64,000 nt of DNA from Chloroflexota bacterium (GTDB lineage Bacteria; Chloroflexota; Anaerolineae; Anaerolineales; E44-bin32): positions 20,820-84,819 of the forward strand of contig JADFRQ010000004.1 of NCBI GenBank assembly GCA_022561215.1, written 5' to 3'. Numbering within the stretch: the stretch's first letter is position 1; each line of letters starts with the position of its first letter. The notes beneath the pieces are model-generated. The model had not been told where the DNA came from. It saw only the letters and a program-made list of their open reading frames with translations, and ran no database searches. A program made the position numbers and the translations under genes. This document shows, piece after piece, positions 9,235 to 18,815 of this stretch.

Positions 9235-9361
9235 ATTATCTGGTTCGGGTCGCGATAGAATTCTCAATACGTCCGGAAACCGAAGCGAGTAAATCTTCCT
9301 AACACATGGCAAAATTACGGCCCGTTTTTTTGATATATTTTTTGGATTCCACGAGGGAAAA

Positions 9362-11128
9362 ATGTCTGAACTGATCCATGTATCTGTTGCCTGGCCCTAT
9401 GCCAATGGGGATATGCATATTGGTCATCTCGCAGGGGCTTATTTACCTGCAGATATCTTTGCGCGCTACCATCGATTACGTGGCAATCGCGTACTCATGG
9501 TTTCGGGATCGGATTCGCATGGAACGCCGATCACGGTCGAGGCTGACCAAAGCGGCCGAAGCCCGCGAGAAGTCTTCGAGTATTTCCATGCTCGTTTTCT
9601 TGAAGCCCAACTAGCAATGGGCATTAGTTATGACCTTTTTACGCATACGGACACCGAAAACCACCACCGTATCGCCCAGGATTTTTTCCTCCGGCTGCTG
9701 GAGGGAAAATTCCTTTATCAACAAAAGCAGCACCAGCTTTTTTCAGAAGCGGAGCAGCGCTTCCTTCCTGATCGTTACGTTGAAGGGACTTGTCCGATAT
9801 GCGGGTATTTGGAAGCGCGCGGCGATCAATGCGATAACTGTGGGAATTTGCTCGACGCACTGGATCTGATCAACCCGCGCAGCAAGATCGACGGCAGCAC
9901 CCCCATTATTCGAGAGACGGAACATTTCTTCCTGGATCTGCCCGCATTCACGGAGAAGTTGCAAGCCTACCTCGAAGAAGGTGTTGATCGCTGGCGGCCG
10001 AATGTCTACAAATTTTCGAAGAACTTTATCGATGGAGGCCTCAAAGGACGTCCTGTCACACGCGATATTTCCTGGGGAATCCCTGTGCCACTCGAGGGGT
10101 GGGAGTCAAAGCGACTCTACGTTTGGTTTGAGGCCGTGATGGGATACTTCAGCGCCTCGATTGAATGGGCGAAAAACAGCGGACAACCCGAGGCATGGAA
10201 GGAGTGGTGGTACGATCCGACAGCAAAAATATACAACTTCATTGGCAAGGATAACATCCCCTTCCACACGATCATTTGGCAGGCCGAGTTATTGGGCGTG
10301 AACCGCATCTACGAGACCGATACGGAAAAAACCCTGAATTTGCCCTACGATGTCCCGGCAAATGAGTTTATGACCCTGGAGGGCAAGGCGCTTAGCAAGA
10401 GTCGTAATTGGGCGGTGTGGCTGCCGGATCTTCTTAATCGTTACGATCCTGACGCTATTCGCTACTACGTCACCACCGCTTTGCCCGAGACGCGCGATAG
10501 TGATTTTTCTTGGTCGGATTTCCTTAATCGCAATAACAATGAATTGGTTGCTGCATGGGGCAACCTCGCCAACCGCGTTTTGTCGTTTGCCTATAAACAT
10601 TGGGACGGGCATATTCCTGAACCGGGGGAGTTAGCAGCTCAAGATCGAGAGCTTCTTGATGCGGTGGAAGCAGGTTTCGATCAGGTCGGAGAAAAAATCG
10701 AAGGGGTAAAAATCCGCTCGGCACTCACGGAGACCATGGCTCTGGCACGGCTGGTGAATGGATATCTTGATCGCGCCCCCTGGTTCCGTGTGATCGAAGA
10801 GGATAAAGCCGCAGCAGCAACCACCGTCTATACTGCGCTACGGGCGATTGACAATTTGAAAATCTTGTTCGCCCCCTTCCTACCTTTTAGTTCAGAACGA
10901 TTACACGCAAATTTGGGTTATGAGCAGCCGCTTTTTGGCAAACTGGCGATTCACACTATTGAAGAAGAAAATCGGGTGCATGATGTGCTCGCCTATGATG
11001 CGGATGGCGGCAATGGACGATGGCAGGTAAGTCAACTGCAACCTGGCGGCGTGCTCCTGCCACCAACCCCGCTCTTTAAGAAATTAGATAAGAGCATCAT
11101 TGAAGAAGAGCGAATAAAACTAGGCTAA
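9362..11128 (+). CDS. metG: Methionine-tRNA ligase
   Basis: Class I HIGH motif (DMHIGHLAG), zinc knuckle CPICG...CDNCG, and a KMSKS-type loop (KALSKSRNW). Confidence 0.95.
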   Translation: MSELIHVSVAWPYANGDMHIGHLAGAYLPADIFARYHRLRGNRVLMVSGSDSHGTPITVEADQSGRSPREVFEYFHARFLEAQLAMGISYDLFTHTDTENHHRIAQDFFLRLLEGKFLYQQKQHQLFSEAEQRFLPDRYVEGTCPICGYLEARGDQCDNCGNLLDALDLINPRSKIDGSTPIIRETEHFFLDLPAFTEKLQAYLEEGVDRWRPNVYKFSKNFIDGGLKGRPVTRDISWGIPVPLEGWESKRLYVWFEAVMGYFSASIEWAKNSGQPEAWKEWWYDPTAKIYNFIGKDNIPFHTIIWQAELLGVNRIYETDTEKTLNLPYDVPANEFMTLEGKALSKSRNWAVWLPDLLNRYDPDAIRYYVTTALPETRDSDFSWSDFLNRNNNELVAAWGNLANRVLSFAYKHWDGHIPEPGELAAQDRELLDAVEAGFDQVGEKIEGVKIRSALTETMALARLVNGYLDRAPWFRVIEEDKAAAATTVYTALRAIDNLKILFAPFLPFSSERLHANLGYEQPLFGKLAIHTIEEENRVHDVLAYDADGGNGRWQVSQLQPGGVLLPPTPLFKKLDKSIIEEERIKLG

Positions 11129-11413
11129 GTCTGCCTGGCGCAGCCCGCTTCCAGGAAAATCGTGCTTAACCTGTCGGTGGGAGGCGATTAATTGTGGCTG
11201 ATTGGTGGCAGCCGCGTTGCCTTATTCCCCTACATGGGTGCAGAGCTTCGCACCAGGCTGCAGATTATTTTCGGTCGAAGCGCACCAATCTTGAAAATAG
11301 TGGGGACAGGCCTGCCGCCCACCCGTCGCACTTCATCCCCGCATCAACTGCAGGCCTCTTCATCGGATGACCGGCGTCCGCGGAAAGTGCCTTGCCAATC
11401 AGGCGACATTGCA

Positions 11414-11809
11414 TCAGCCAATATTAAAGTCGCGGTCATCAAATAGATCACCGAAATCATCATAATCGTCAAGACCGAATCCAAATTCAATCTCAATATC
11501 GGTATCTTCGATCGAAAGCCAAAGCATGAATAAATCGCCTTCCTCGACTTCCATCCAGCGCGCGGCCACAATGGGAGCCTGGTTGGTTAATCCATCTTCT
11601 GTTCGAAATTCGAGACTGATCGATTCGCCATCGCGCCATCTACGGTAGCAGCGCTCGATAAGCTCCGGCCCATTTACCGCACGTAGGCGGCACATGACAA
11701 TTTGCGTCGGTCCCGGTCCTTCCGTAAAACCAAATAACAATGGGTCGGTTACGATTTGAAATGTAGGGGGAGGACCTTCGATGATCGTTATTTTTTCGGG
11801 TTCTGTCAT
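11414..11809 (-). CDS. Hypothetical acidic protein
   Basis: 131-aa ORF with an AAGAGGA RBS and an acidic C-terminus (DDYDDFGDLFDDRDF). No family recognised. Confidence 0.55.
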   Translation of the reverse strand: MTEPEKITIIEGPPPTFQIVTDPLLFGFTEGPGPTQIVMCRLRAVNGPELIERCYRRWRDGESISLEFRTEDGLTNQAPIVAARWMEVEEGDLFMLWLSIEDTDIEIEFGFGLDDYDDFGDLFDDRDFNIG

Positions 11810-12076
11810 GCAATCCTCTTGGAAGGAAATCGTTGAGAATCATACCATAGCAGAAAAATGAGCGCACCTACCCCTTTGCAAGGTGTTTGCAGGAAAATGG
11901 TCTAATTAAGTGAATTGTTCTGCCCTGAAGGAGCCAACAATTGTCGCCGGAGACCAGGTCAATTTCATTTGAAAGAAATCCGGCAGAGAGATCGTCTGGA
12001 GAATATGTTGCGCCGGCATGAGAGCCCGCCGAAATCTTTGACGCGCCTGTACAGTAGTATACGGAGCTGAGCAGCC

Positions 12077-12955
12077 ATGCAGAAAACCAAATCGATGGTT
12101 TATCCCAGTTTGGGAATTACACGGATATTAAATAAGATTTTGGATGGTTTCTTGAGGATTAGGGCCAATGAAATATTGAATTCTGGAACGGCAATTGTGC
12201 TCAAAGAAAATCCCGCGCAAACATTAGGGAAACTCGCCAAAGAACTCACAGCTGAAGGAGTGGATTCCACGGGGAAATATGTGAATTATGCGAAGCTTGC
12301 CGGGAGTGATATTTACAAGCGTTTCAAGCACTTTACCCTTGGGTTACCAAATTGCAAACCGGAGGACCTGGGAGACAGGCAACAGCAAATCGCCTTTTGG
12401 ATCAACCTATACAACGCGCTCATAGTCGACGCTGTGATCCACTACAAGATTAAGGGCTCTCTGTTCAGCAAACCGAGCCTTTTTCGGCGGGCGGCGTACA
12501 ATGTTGCTGGCTTTCGTTTTTCAGCAGATGACATTGAAAATGGTGTGTTGCGCGGCAATCTTCCAAGTCCGAGTTTCCCCATTCGCCCCTTTGGGAACTC
12601 TGACCCCCGATGTGTCACCGTTATCCAACGCATGGACCCAAGAATTCACTTTGCTCTCGTCTGCGCGGCAAAATCTTGTCCGCCAATTGCAACCTATTCG
12701 GCTGATCGTTTAGAGCAGCAGCTCGAGTTGGCTGCGAGCAGCTTTATTAATGGCGGTGGTGTTCGCTTTGCAGACAACGCCGTCTGGATTTCGAAGATAT
12801 TTAAATGGTATCAGGCCGATTTCGGGGGGTTGAGTGGCGTAAGAGCGATTATCAGCAAATATTCAAAAGACGAAAAAGTTCGTCAGGCCCTGCGCTCACC
12901 TAATCAAAAACTCAACTATAGTCCATATGACTGGACGATTAATCGTGTGGCTTGA
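12077..12955 (+). CDS. DUF547 domain-containing protein
   Basis: AFWINLYNALIVDAVI and the later IHFALVCAAKSCPPI segment are characteristic of DUF547. Confidence 0.75.
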   Translation: MQKTKSMVYPSLGITRILNKILDGFLRIRANEILNSGTAIVLKENPAQTLGKLAKELTAEGVDSTGKYVNYAKLAGSDIYKRFKHFTLGLPNCKPEDLGDRQQQIAFWINLYNALIVDAVIHYKIKGSLFSKPSLFRRAAYNVAGFRFSADDIENGVLRGNLPSPSFPIRPFGNSDPRCVTVIQRMDPRIHFALVCAAKSCPPIATYSADRLEQQLELAASSFINGGGVRFADNAVWISKIFKWYQADFGGLSGVRAIISKYSKDEKVRQALRSPNQKLNYSPYDWTINRVA

Positions 12956-12964
12956 AAATCTCCA

Positions 12965-13741
12965 TCATCTCCCCTTCCATTCGGCGGTGCGCTTTTCAAT
13001 AAAAGCCTGCATTCCTTCTTTTTGATCAACCGTGCTGAAGAGAAGATAAAATGCCTGGCGTTCATCATTGACGCCTTCAGCAAGATGAGTTTCAAAGGCC
13101 CTATTCACGGCTTGTTTGGCTAATTGGATGGCTATCGGCGCGCGCGCGGCGATCTCATTCGCCATAGTTAATGCTTTTTCAAGATATTCATCCAGAGGAT
13201 AGACATAATTGACCAATCCATAATGCAGTGCTTCCTCAGCATCCAGGGTTCGGTTATTAAGCACCATCTCCATGGAAATTGCTTTTCCTACTGTGCGCGG
13301 CAGCCGCTGAGTTGCTCCCCCACCTGGGAATATGCCGAGGTTTAATTCGGGCTGACCAAATACAGCACTTTGTGAAGCGACAATCATGTCGCATGCGATC
13401 GCCAGTTCATTCCCGCCTCCCAGACACCATCCAGAGACCGCAGCAATGAGTGGTTTTTTGATCGCCCGCAGTCGATCCCAGGACGAAGAAATTCGATCAC
13501 GCAGGAGCATATCAACCGAAGACATTTCCGCCATTTCTTTGATATCTGCACCTGCGGCAAATGCTCGATCATCGCCGGTAATCACCATTGCCCCAATTTC
13601 TGGAGCCTTATCATATTCCTCCAAGGCCTGGGCCAACTCCGCTAAAAGCTCTCCATTGAGAGCATTGAGCACTTTCGGCCGATTGATGCGTAGCAATCCG
13701 ACACGCTTTATTTTTTCGCTGAGAATAAATTGGTAAGTCAT
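12965..13741 (-). CDS. Enoyl-CoA hydratase/isomerase (crotonase) family protein
   Basis: LRINRPKVLNAL, FAAGADIKEM, and PLIAAVSGWCLGGGNELA (oxyanion-hole regions). Confidence 0.9.
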   Translation of the reverse strand: MTYQFILSEKIKRVGLLRINRPKVLNALNGELLAELAQALEEYDKAPEIGAMVITGDDRAFAAGADIKEMAEMSSVDMLLRDRISSSWDRLRAIKKPLIAAVSGWCLGGGNELAIACDMIVASQSAVFGQPELNLGIFPGGGATQRLPRTVGKAISMEMVLNNRTLDAEEALHYGLVNYVYPLDEYLEKALTMANEIAARAPIAIQLAKQAVNRAFETHLAEGVNDERQAFYLLFSTVDQKEGMQAFIEKRTAEWKGR

Positions 13742-13847
13742 CAGGTTCTCCTAAATGGACAAAATTAAAGTGAATTTTAGATGTGGTGAATGCTAAGCGC
13801 GAAAGACCGGCTCGCAGTCCACCAATGGCTGCGTTTACAGGCCTGGG

Positions 13848-14162
13848 TCAGGAGCGATCTTCTTCCATGTGCTCGGCAAACAATATCTCCACATTCGCAG
13901 AGGCAAATGACATTAAGGCCTTTCCAGTGGATTGACCTTCGGGCGATATCATCGCTATCTCCAGCGCATCAGCATTATCGAAATAAAACTCATGGATCAT
14001 ATGCAGATCGACATCGCCATCTGGCCCGCCCGTCACACGGATCACCCCGATCCGCCGAATGCCGGGCATTCCTTCCGCCACCGCGACGAAGTGCTCGCTC
14101 CACTCCGTTTCGAATGCAGCGACATCTTGCGGCTTCTTAAAAAGCAGCATCAGTTTATGCAT
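13848..14162 (-). CDS. EthD family protein
   Basis: MHKLMLLFKKPQDVAAFETEW...H resembles the EthD/TIGR02118 family. GGAGA RBS sits 5 nt before ATG 14162; the track starts at TTG 14174. Confidence 0.7.
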   Translation of the reverse strand: MHKLMLLFKKPQDVAAFETEWSEHFVAVAEGMPGIRRIGVIRVTGGPDGDVDLHMIHEFYFDNADALEIAMISPEGQSTGKALMSFASANVEILFAEHMEEDRS

Positions 14163-14253
14163 GGCATTCTCCAATATTGCTCCACAGACTTCACAATCCT
14201 TACAGTGACCTTACAATCAGAGCTATCTCCTACTCTACCGTACCAAAGGGGTA

Positions 14254-14281
14254 TTGAATAGCAAACTCATTTCAATATACT
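14254..14281 (+). promoter_or_regulatory. Putative promoter of the Flp pilin gene
   Basis: TTGAAT (14254-14259), a 16-nt spacer, then TATACT (14276-14281), embedded in a TATTGAA/TTCAATA inverted repeat. Confidence 0.4.
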
Positions 14282-14322
14282 GAGAAGATAGATTCGCAAT
14301 TACTGTTTATTAAGGGGCATGT

Positions 14323-14466
14323 ATGTTTCATCTTTCAACCCGTGGTCAAGGAATGGTCGAGTATGGCATGCTTATTACGCTGGTAGCGTTGTTGGTGATT
14401 GCGCTGCTTGTCATTTTCGGCACGAGCCTCGGGAATACTTATAGCGGTATTATCAACAGCATCTAA
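14323..14466 (+). CDS. Flp/Fap family type IVb pilin precursor (47 aa; below the ORF-track cutoff)
   Basis: MFHLSTRGQGMVEYGMLITLVALLVIALLVIFGTSLGNTYSGIINSI carries the Flp prepilin motif G/xxxxEY followed by a hydrophobic helix. AGGGG RBS sits 5 nt upstream. Confidence 0.75.
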   Translation: MFHLSTRGQGMVEYGMLITLVALLVIALLVIFGTSLGNTYSGIINSI

Positions 14467-14573
14467 TCTGCTCGTCGCCTTGCATCGGGCTCTGTCGTCC
14501 TTCATTTTGATTACGATGCAGCACCGCCGGCAACATACAATTAATAGCGCAGGAAACTTGCTGCCAAGATGAG

Positions 14574-14599
14574 AAAATCAGGTTTCGAAACCTGATTTT
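14574..14599. terminator. Bidirectional intrinsic terminator between flp (+) and the DUF951 gene (-)
   Basis: AAAATCAGGTTTCGAAACCTGATTTT is a perfect 10-bp palindromic stem flanked by an A-run and a T-run. Confidence 0.65.
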
Positions 14600-14621
14600 G
14601 GGTTAAGCAGCACAAATTGAA

Positions 14622-14828
14622 TTAACTATCAGCCGGCGCATCCGATTGATGGACATACGATTTCATGCGTTTTGATACTTCTCTGCGGGGGAGCAAGATC
14701 CGTCGTTTACATCCCAGACATCGCAAACCGATATCTGCGCCAATGCGCACGACAACCCAATCTGAATTTCCACAGGGATGAGGTTTTCGCAATCGAATAA
14801 CATCATCCATCCTCATTTCGGGCAGCAT
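14622..14828 (-). CDS. DUF951 domain-containing protein
   Basis: DDVIRLRKPHPCGNSDWVVVRIGADIGLRCLGCKRRILLPR is the DUF951 signature (HPCG...C.GC). Start uncertain (Met 1, 5 or 7). Confidence 0.8.
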   Translation of the reverse strand: MLPEMRMDDVIRLRKPHPCGNSDWVVVRIGADIGLRCLGCKRRILLPRREVSKRMKSYVHQSDAPADS

Positions 14829-14973
14829 GAGGCATCCATCCTTTTAGAATTGTTCATCCTCGAGGCAAGGAGGTAAATTCAAACGATGGACCTCAAAAAT
14901 CCATCGTCAGGCCTCCCCTGTAACAGGTTCGGCGCGGATTATACCACCTGCCAAAATGGTATAATCCCATACT

Positions 14974-15615
14974 ATGCTAGGCTTGGGATTACCATCCCTC
15001 ATCTCAAGAATTATCACATTGGTGATCGCGTTTACCATCCATGAATTTGCGCATGCATGGAGCGCCGACTTGCTTGGCGATGATACCCCCAGACGATACG
15101 GACGTTTGACGCTCAATCCTCTTGCACATCTCGACCTTTTTGGTTCTCTGCTTCTGGTCATTACCGGTTTCGGATGGGCAAAACCAGTACCGATAAATCC
15201 TTACGCTTTGCGTAGCAAGACACCCGCCGGCACAATGCTCGTTTCTGCCGCAGGTCCACTATCAAACCTGGGTCTCGCAATTTTGGCCTCGCTACCATTC
15301 CAAGCTGGGCTGATTTCACCGTTCGCAGAGAGCGGACGTTTTTTACCCTCGCCCGCCGGCTTTTTACAGGAGTTTATTTTTATTAATCTAATTCTTCTCT
15401 TCTTTAACTTGATTCCCATCGCCCCTTTGGACGGCGAGAAAGTTGCCGAGTATTTTCTACCCCCCCGAGGACAGGAAATTCTGCTGCAAATTCGCCCCTA
15501 TGGCCCCTTAATCCTTCTGGCATTCCTATTCATCTTACCGTCGATTGGGATCAATATTCTTGCTCTACTGGTTGGAGTACCAGCCCGACAGATTTTATCC
15601 ATACTTATTTTATAA
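14974..15615 (+). CDS. Site-2 protease family (peptidase M50) membrane metalloprotease
   Basis: HEFAHAW (HExxH) in the first TM region, multiple TM segments, and NLIPIAPLDG. Confidence 0.85.
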   Translation: MLGLGLPSLISRIITLVIAFTIHEFAHAWSADLLGDDTPRRYGRLTLNPLAHLDLFGSLLLVITGFGWAKPVPINPYALRSKTPAGTMLVSAAGPLSNLGLAILASLPFQAGLISPFAESGRFLPSPAGFLQEFIFINLILLFFNLIPIAPLDGEKVAEYFLPPRGQEILLQIRPYGPLILLAFLFILPSIGINILALLVGVPARQILSILIL

Positions 15616-15720
15616 TCGGTGCTGCTCAAATAGAGTCTCAGCTTATAATTTTTCCAGGGCTGAAAAGTCACCAGATCAACAGAGCCGAGCCTGGCTAGTT
15701 CCCTTTCCTCGTTCCCGAGT

Positions 15721-16728
15721 GTGAGTGGTCAAATGACAATGGAAATATTTTTCGTCGGCTTAGAAGAGACAGGGGCCTCCATCAGCCTTGCATTGGGAAA
15801 TTCGACTGCGTCTTTTTCCTGCACAGGCTACGATCCAAACCCCCAAATTGCACGTGCCGCGCGCAAACGCGGCGATATAAACCGCATAGTGTTTAAGCCT
15901 AAGAAAGGCGTCCAAGCAGCCGATCTTATTATCCTTGCCGTGCCAGAGGATCTAATTCGCGAATACTTGGAGATCCTGGCTCCCGATATGAAGACCGGAG
16001 CACTGATTATGGACACTTCTCCATTGAAATCAGGTGCCATTGGCTGGGCAAAAGAATTGCTGCGCGAGGGATGTTATTACATTGGAGCCATACCTGTACT
16101 TAATCCGGATCTACTCACCGAAACATATAGCGAGAATACGCTGCCCCGAGCCGATCTTTTCAGCGGAGGGTTTTTGGCGCTGGTGATTCCTGCAAATACT
16201 CCAGAGCATATCGTTAAGCTCACGTACGCCATTGCAGGTATCCTGGATGCGGTACCGTTTTTTATCGAACCTGGAGAGGTTGATGCCGTCATCGCCGCCA
16301 TCGAACAACTCCCCGCGCTCATGGCAATCTCGCTGATCCGATCGGCCCTCAAATCCCCGGGACGGCGAGAAATTCGACTCCTGGCAGGAAGATCGTGGGT
16401 GCAGGCTGCGCTAGTTGGTGCGCGGATTCATCCTCAAGAGCTTAGCAAGAGCCTAAAGTTAAATAAACATAATGTTCTTCGTCGATTGGATGAGTTCAGC
16501 GAAGAGCTGGGAACTTTGCGGCAGCTAATTTCCAGCGATGATGATGAATCGCTGAAGCACTACATCGAAGAATCAGCCAAAGAATTTTATATCTTGCTCA
16601 ATGATCGCAAAGAAGGAAATCTGTCGATCCCGGCATTGCAACTATCTCCCCTTCCCAAATTTTCGATGTTTGGTAGGCTGTCGGGTTTGAGCGATCCGAG
16701 CAAAAAGACAAACAAAGATCGTTCGTGA
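15721..16728 (+). CDS. Prephenate/arogenate dehydrogenase-like protein (motifs degenerate)
   Basis: ADLIILAVPEDLIREYLEILAPDMKTGALIMDTSPLK resembles the TyrA fold. The GxGxxG loop (VGLEETGASI) and the catalytic GGHPMAG region (here IGAIPVLN) are not conserved. Start could be ATG 15733 or 15739. Confidence 0.6.
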   Translation: MSGQMTMEIFFVGLEETGASISLALGNSTASFSCTGYDPNPQIARAARKRGDINRIVFKPKKGVQAADLIILAVPEDLIREYLEILAPDMKTGALIMDTSPLKSGAIGWAKELLREGCYYIGAIPVLNPDLLTETYSENTLPRADLFSGGFLALVIPANTPEHIVKLTYAIAGILDAVPFFIEPGEVDAVIAAIEQLPALMAISLIRSALKSPGRREIRLLAGRSWVQAALVGARIHPQELSKSLKLNKHNVLRRLDEFSEELGTLRQLISSDDDESLKHYIEESAKEFYILLNDRKEGNLSIPALQLSPLPKFSMFGRLSGLSDPSKKTNKDRS

Positions 16729-16883
16729 TGAAGAATACATCGTGGCTTCCGCTCCCCATTGGAAAAATGATTGTGCTTTCCTGACCCACCATCTTCGAGA
16801 AGCTCCCATTCTTCTTGCGAACGGTCAAACCCTACCTTTAAATCCAGCATTCCGTCTATCGGACAACAATGAAGGAGTAAAAA

Positions 16884-18065
16884 TTGTCAAAAACCCAGTG
16901 GATTGAGGACGAACTGACCCATTTGCGCGAGGCCGGCCTTTATACAACTATCCGCACGCTGCAATCCCCTCAGGGAGCCTGGTTGGAAGTTGACGGGAAG
17001 CGCGAGCTAAATTTCTGCTCCAATAATTATCTTGGACTTGCCAATCATCCCCGAGTAACACAGGCCGCGAAAGATGCGATTCAAGAATTCGGTGTTGGAC
17101 CTGGTGCAGTGAGAACCATCGCCGGCACGATGCAAGTTCATCTCGAACTTGAGAAGCGTTTGGCGGAATTTAAGGGGGTTGAGGCTGCCATTACGTTTCA
17201 ATCGGGGTATGCGGCAAATCTTGGTGTCATTCCGGCGTTGGTCGGTAAAGAAGATGTGATTTATTCAGATGAACTTAATCACGCCAGTATTATTGATGGC
17301 AGCAGGCTCTCAAGCGCTAAGATTATTCGCTATGCTCATCGCGATCCGGATGATTTGCAGCGCGTCATTCGGGAAAATGCACAGTTCGACTACCGCAGGT
17401 CGCTGATTATTACGGATGGCGTGTTCAGTATGGATGGTGATGTAGCTCCGCTCGACCAAATCTATGAAATCGCCAAAGAGCATGACTATTTGCTCATGGT
17501 CGATGATGCACATGGCGAAGGAGTGCTGGGGATTGGTGGGCGTGGTATTGTGGACCACTACGGATTGCATGGCAAAGTTGACGTCGAAATTGGTACTCTC
17601 TCGAAGGCTTTTGGCGTCGTTGGCGGTGTAGCGGCAGGGAAGCGGGAAATTGTGGATTGGCTACGCCAGCGCGGACGCCCGTTTTTATTTTCCTCCGCAA
17701 TGACAGTTCCTGATGTCGCTGCTTGTATCGCCGCGGTGGATTTGCTAGAGCATTCGACCGCCCTTGTGGACGTTCTTTGGGAAAACACCCATTATTTCAA
17801 GGATCACATGCAAGAACTGGGCTTTGACACCGGGCAGAGTACGACACCGATTATCCCGATCATGTTGGGAGAAGCTCCTTTGGCACAGAAGTTCAGCAGC
17901 AGGCTATTTGAGCAAGGAGTATTCGCGATGGCGATCGGTTTCCCGACCGTCCCTCGCGGGAAAGCGAGAATACGGGTGATGATATCTGCCGCACATTCAC
18001 AAACCGATCTCGATCGAGGGTTAGAAATTTTCAAAAAAGTAGGGGATGAAATGGGTGTGATTTGA
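16884..18065 (+). CDS. kbl: Glycine C-acetyltransferase (2-amino-3-ketobutyrate CoA ligase)
   Basis: Alpha-oxoamine synthase family ([27 protein letters not shown]-lysine TLSKAFG). The N-terminus (LREAGLY...IRTLQSPQG) is typical of Kbl. TTG start follows GAAGGAG. Confidence 0.85.
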   Translation: MSKTQWIEDELTHLREAGLYTTIRTLQSPQGAWLEVDGKRELNFCSNNYLGLANHPRVTQAAKDAIQEFGVGPGAVRTIAGTMQVHLELEKRLAEFKGVEAAITFQSGYAANLGVIPALVGKEDVIYSDELNHASIIDGSRLSSAKIIRYAHRDPDDLQRVIRENAQFDYRRSLIITDGVFSMDGDVAPLDQIYEIAKEHDYLLMVDDAHGEGVLGIGGRGIVDHYGLHGKVDVEIGTLSKAFGVVGGVAAGKREIVDWLRQRGRPFLFSSAMTVPDVAACIAAVDLLEHSTALVDVLWENTHYFKDHMQELGFDTGQSTTPIIPIMLGEAPLAQKFSSRLFEQGVFAMAIGFPTVPRGKARIRVMISAAHSQTDLDRGLEIFKKVGDEMGVI

Positions 18066-18153
18066 ACTATCCGCGAAAACATTGCCCGAGGGGCCGCCCT
18101 AGATCATCTTCATATTTTTGACAACTCGAGGTGCTGAAACCGCACTGGCGTAA

Positions 18154-18408
18154 CTACAATGCGTAACAGTATCGGTACCGATTGGGGATTAATATCCGGG
18201 CAAAGTAGCGGCCCACAGCCAGGGCGTTCCAGAAGAGTGCATCCGACTGCGCGCGCCCAGCGATCGTCCTCACGGGCCGCTCTGCAAATATCCGGGTCGG
18301 ATATACGCGTCGCACTTCCGATGTAACTTCCTCGCAAATACCGGCGCTCATCGCACTCTCTATCGGTTTCCAGATCGCTTCCTCCTCGGGAACCGCCGAA
18401 AATGTCAC
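18154..18408 (-). CDS. Hypothetical ORF, possibly the tail of a decayed gene
   Basis: 84-codon GTG-initiated ORF. Adjacent upstream minus-strand frames contain protein-like stretches interrupted by stops. No family recognised. Confidence 0.25.
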   Translation of the reverse strand: MTFSAVPEEEAIWKPIESAMSAGICEEVTSEVRRVYPTRIFAERPVRTIAGRAQSDALFWNALAVGRYFARILIPNRYRYCYAL

Positions 18409-18815
18409 GCTAAATTAGTGCACTCCACCGTTACTCCCAGCACGAATAATTCGAAATATCCTTCAGTGAAATGGCCATTCGCCGCGAATGCCATCGCGTC
18501 CTTTCGATCTTTCCGGGCCGAAAAACTAATCAAGGGTCGGGGTGCTGATTACGCCTGGCATTCCCAAGTAGATCGTTTTCGAAAATATTCTGCAATGTAT
18601 GGAAAGATTTGTGAACAAGGCATAAAAAAGGCCCTGATCGGGGTGCGATGATGGCAGGCGGTTACGCGCTGCCGGTTGCAATGGATCAGGGCAGTGCAAA
18701 TTCTATCTTGTTCCAATCAATCGATCAAGGGCAACCTATGGTCAATATAAACGCACTGTTCTATGGATCGAAAATCGCTAGGGATGCAGAATAACGTATT
18801 CGGAGAAGCGGAGAT

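Noticed and set aside
9099-9236. T-box riboswitch upstream of metG
   Set aside because: No T-box core (GGGTGGTACCGCG-like) or UGGN antiterminator bulge could be found, in contrast to the clear T-box upstream of pheS.
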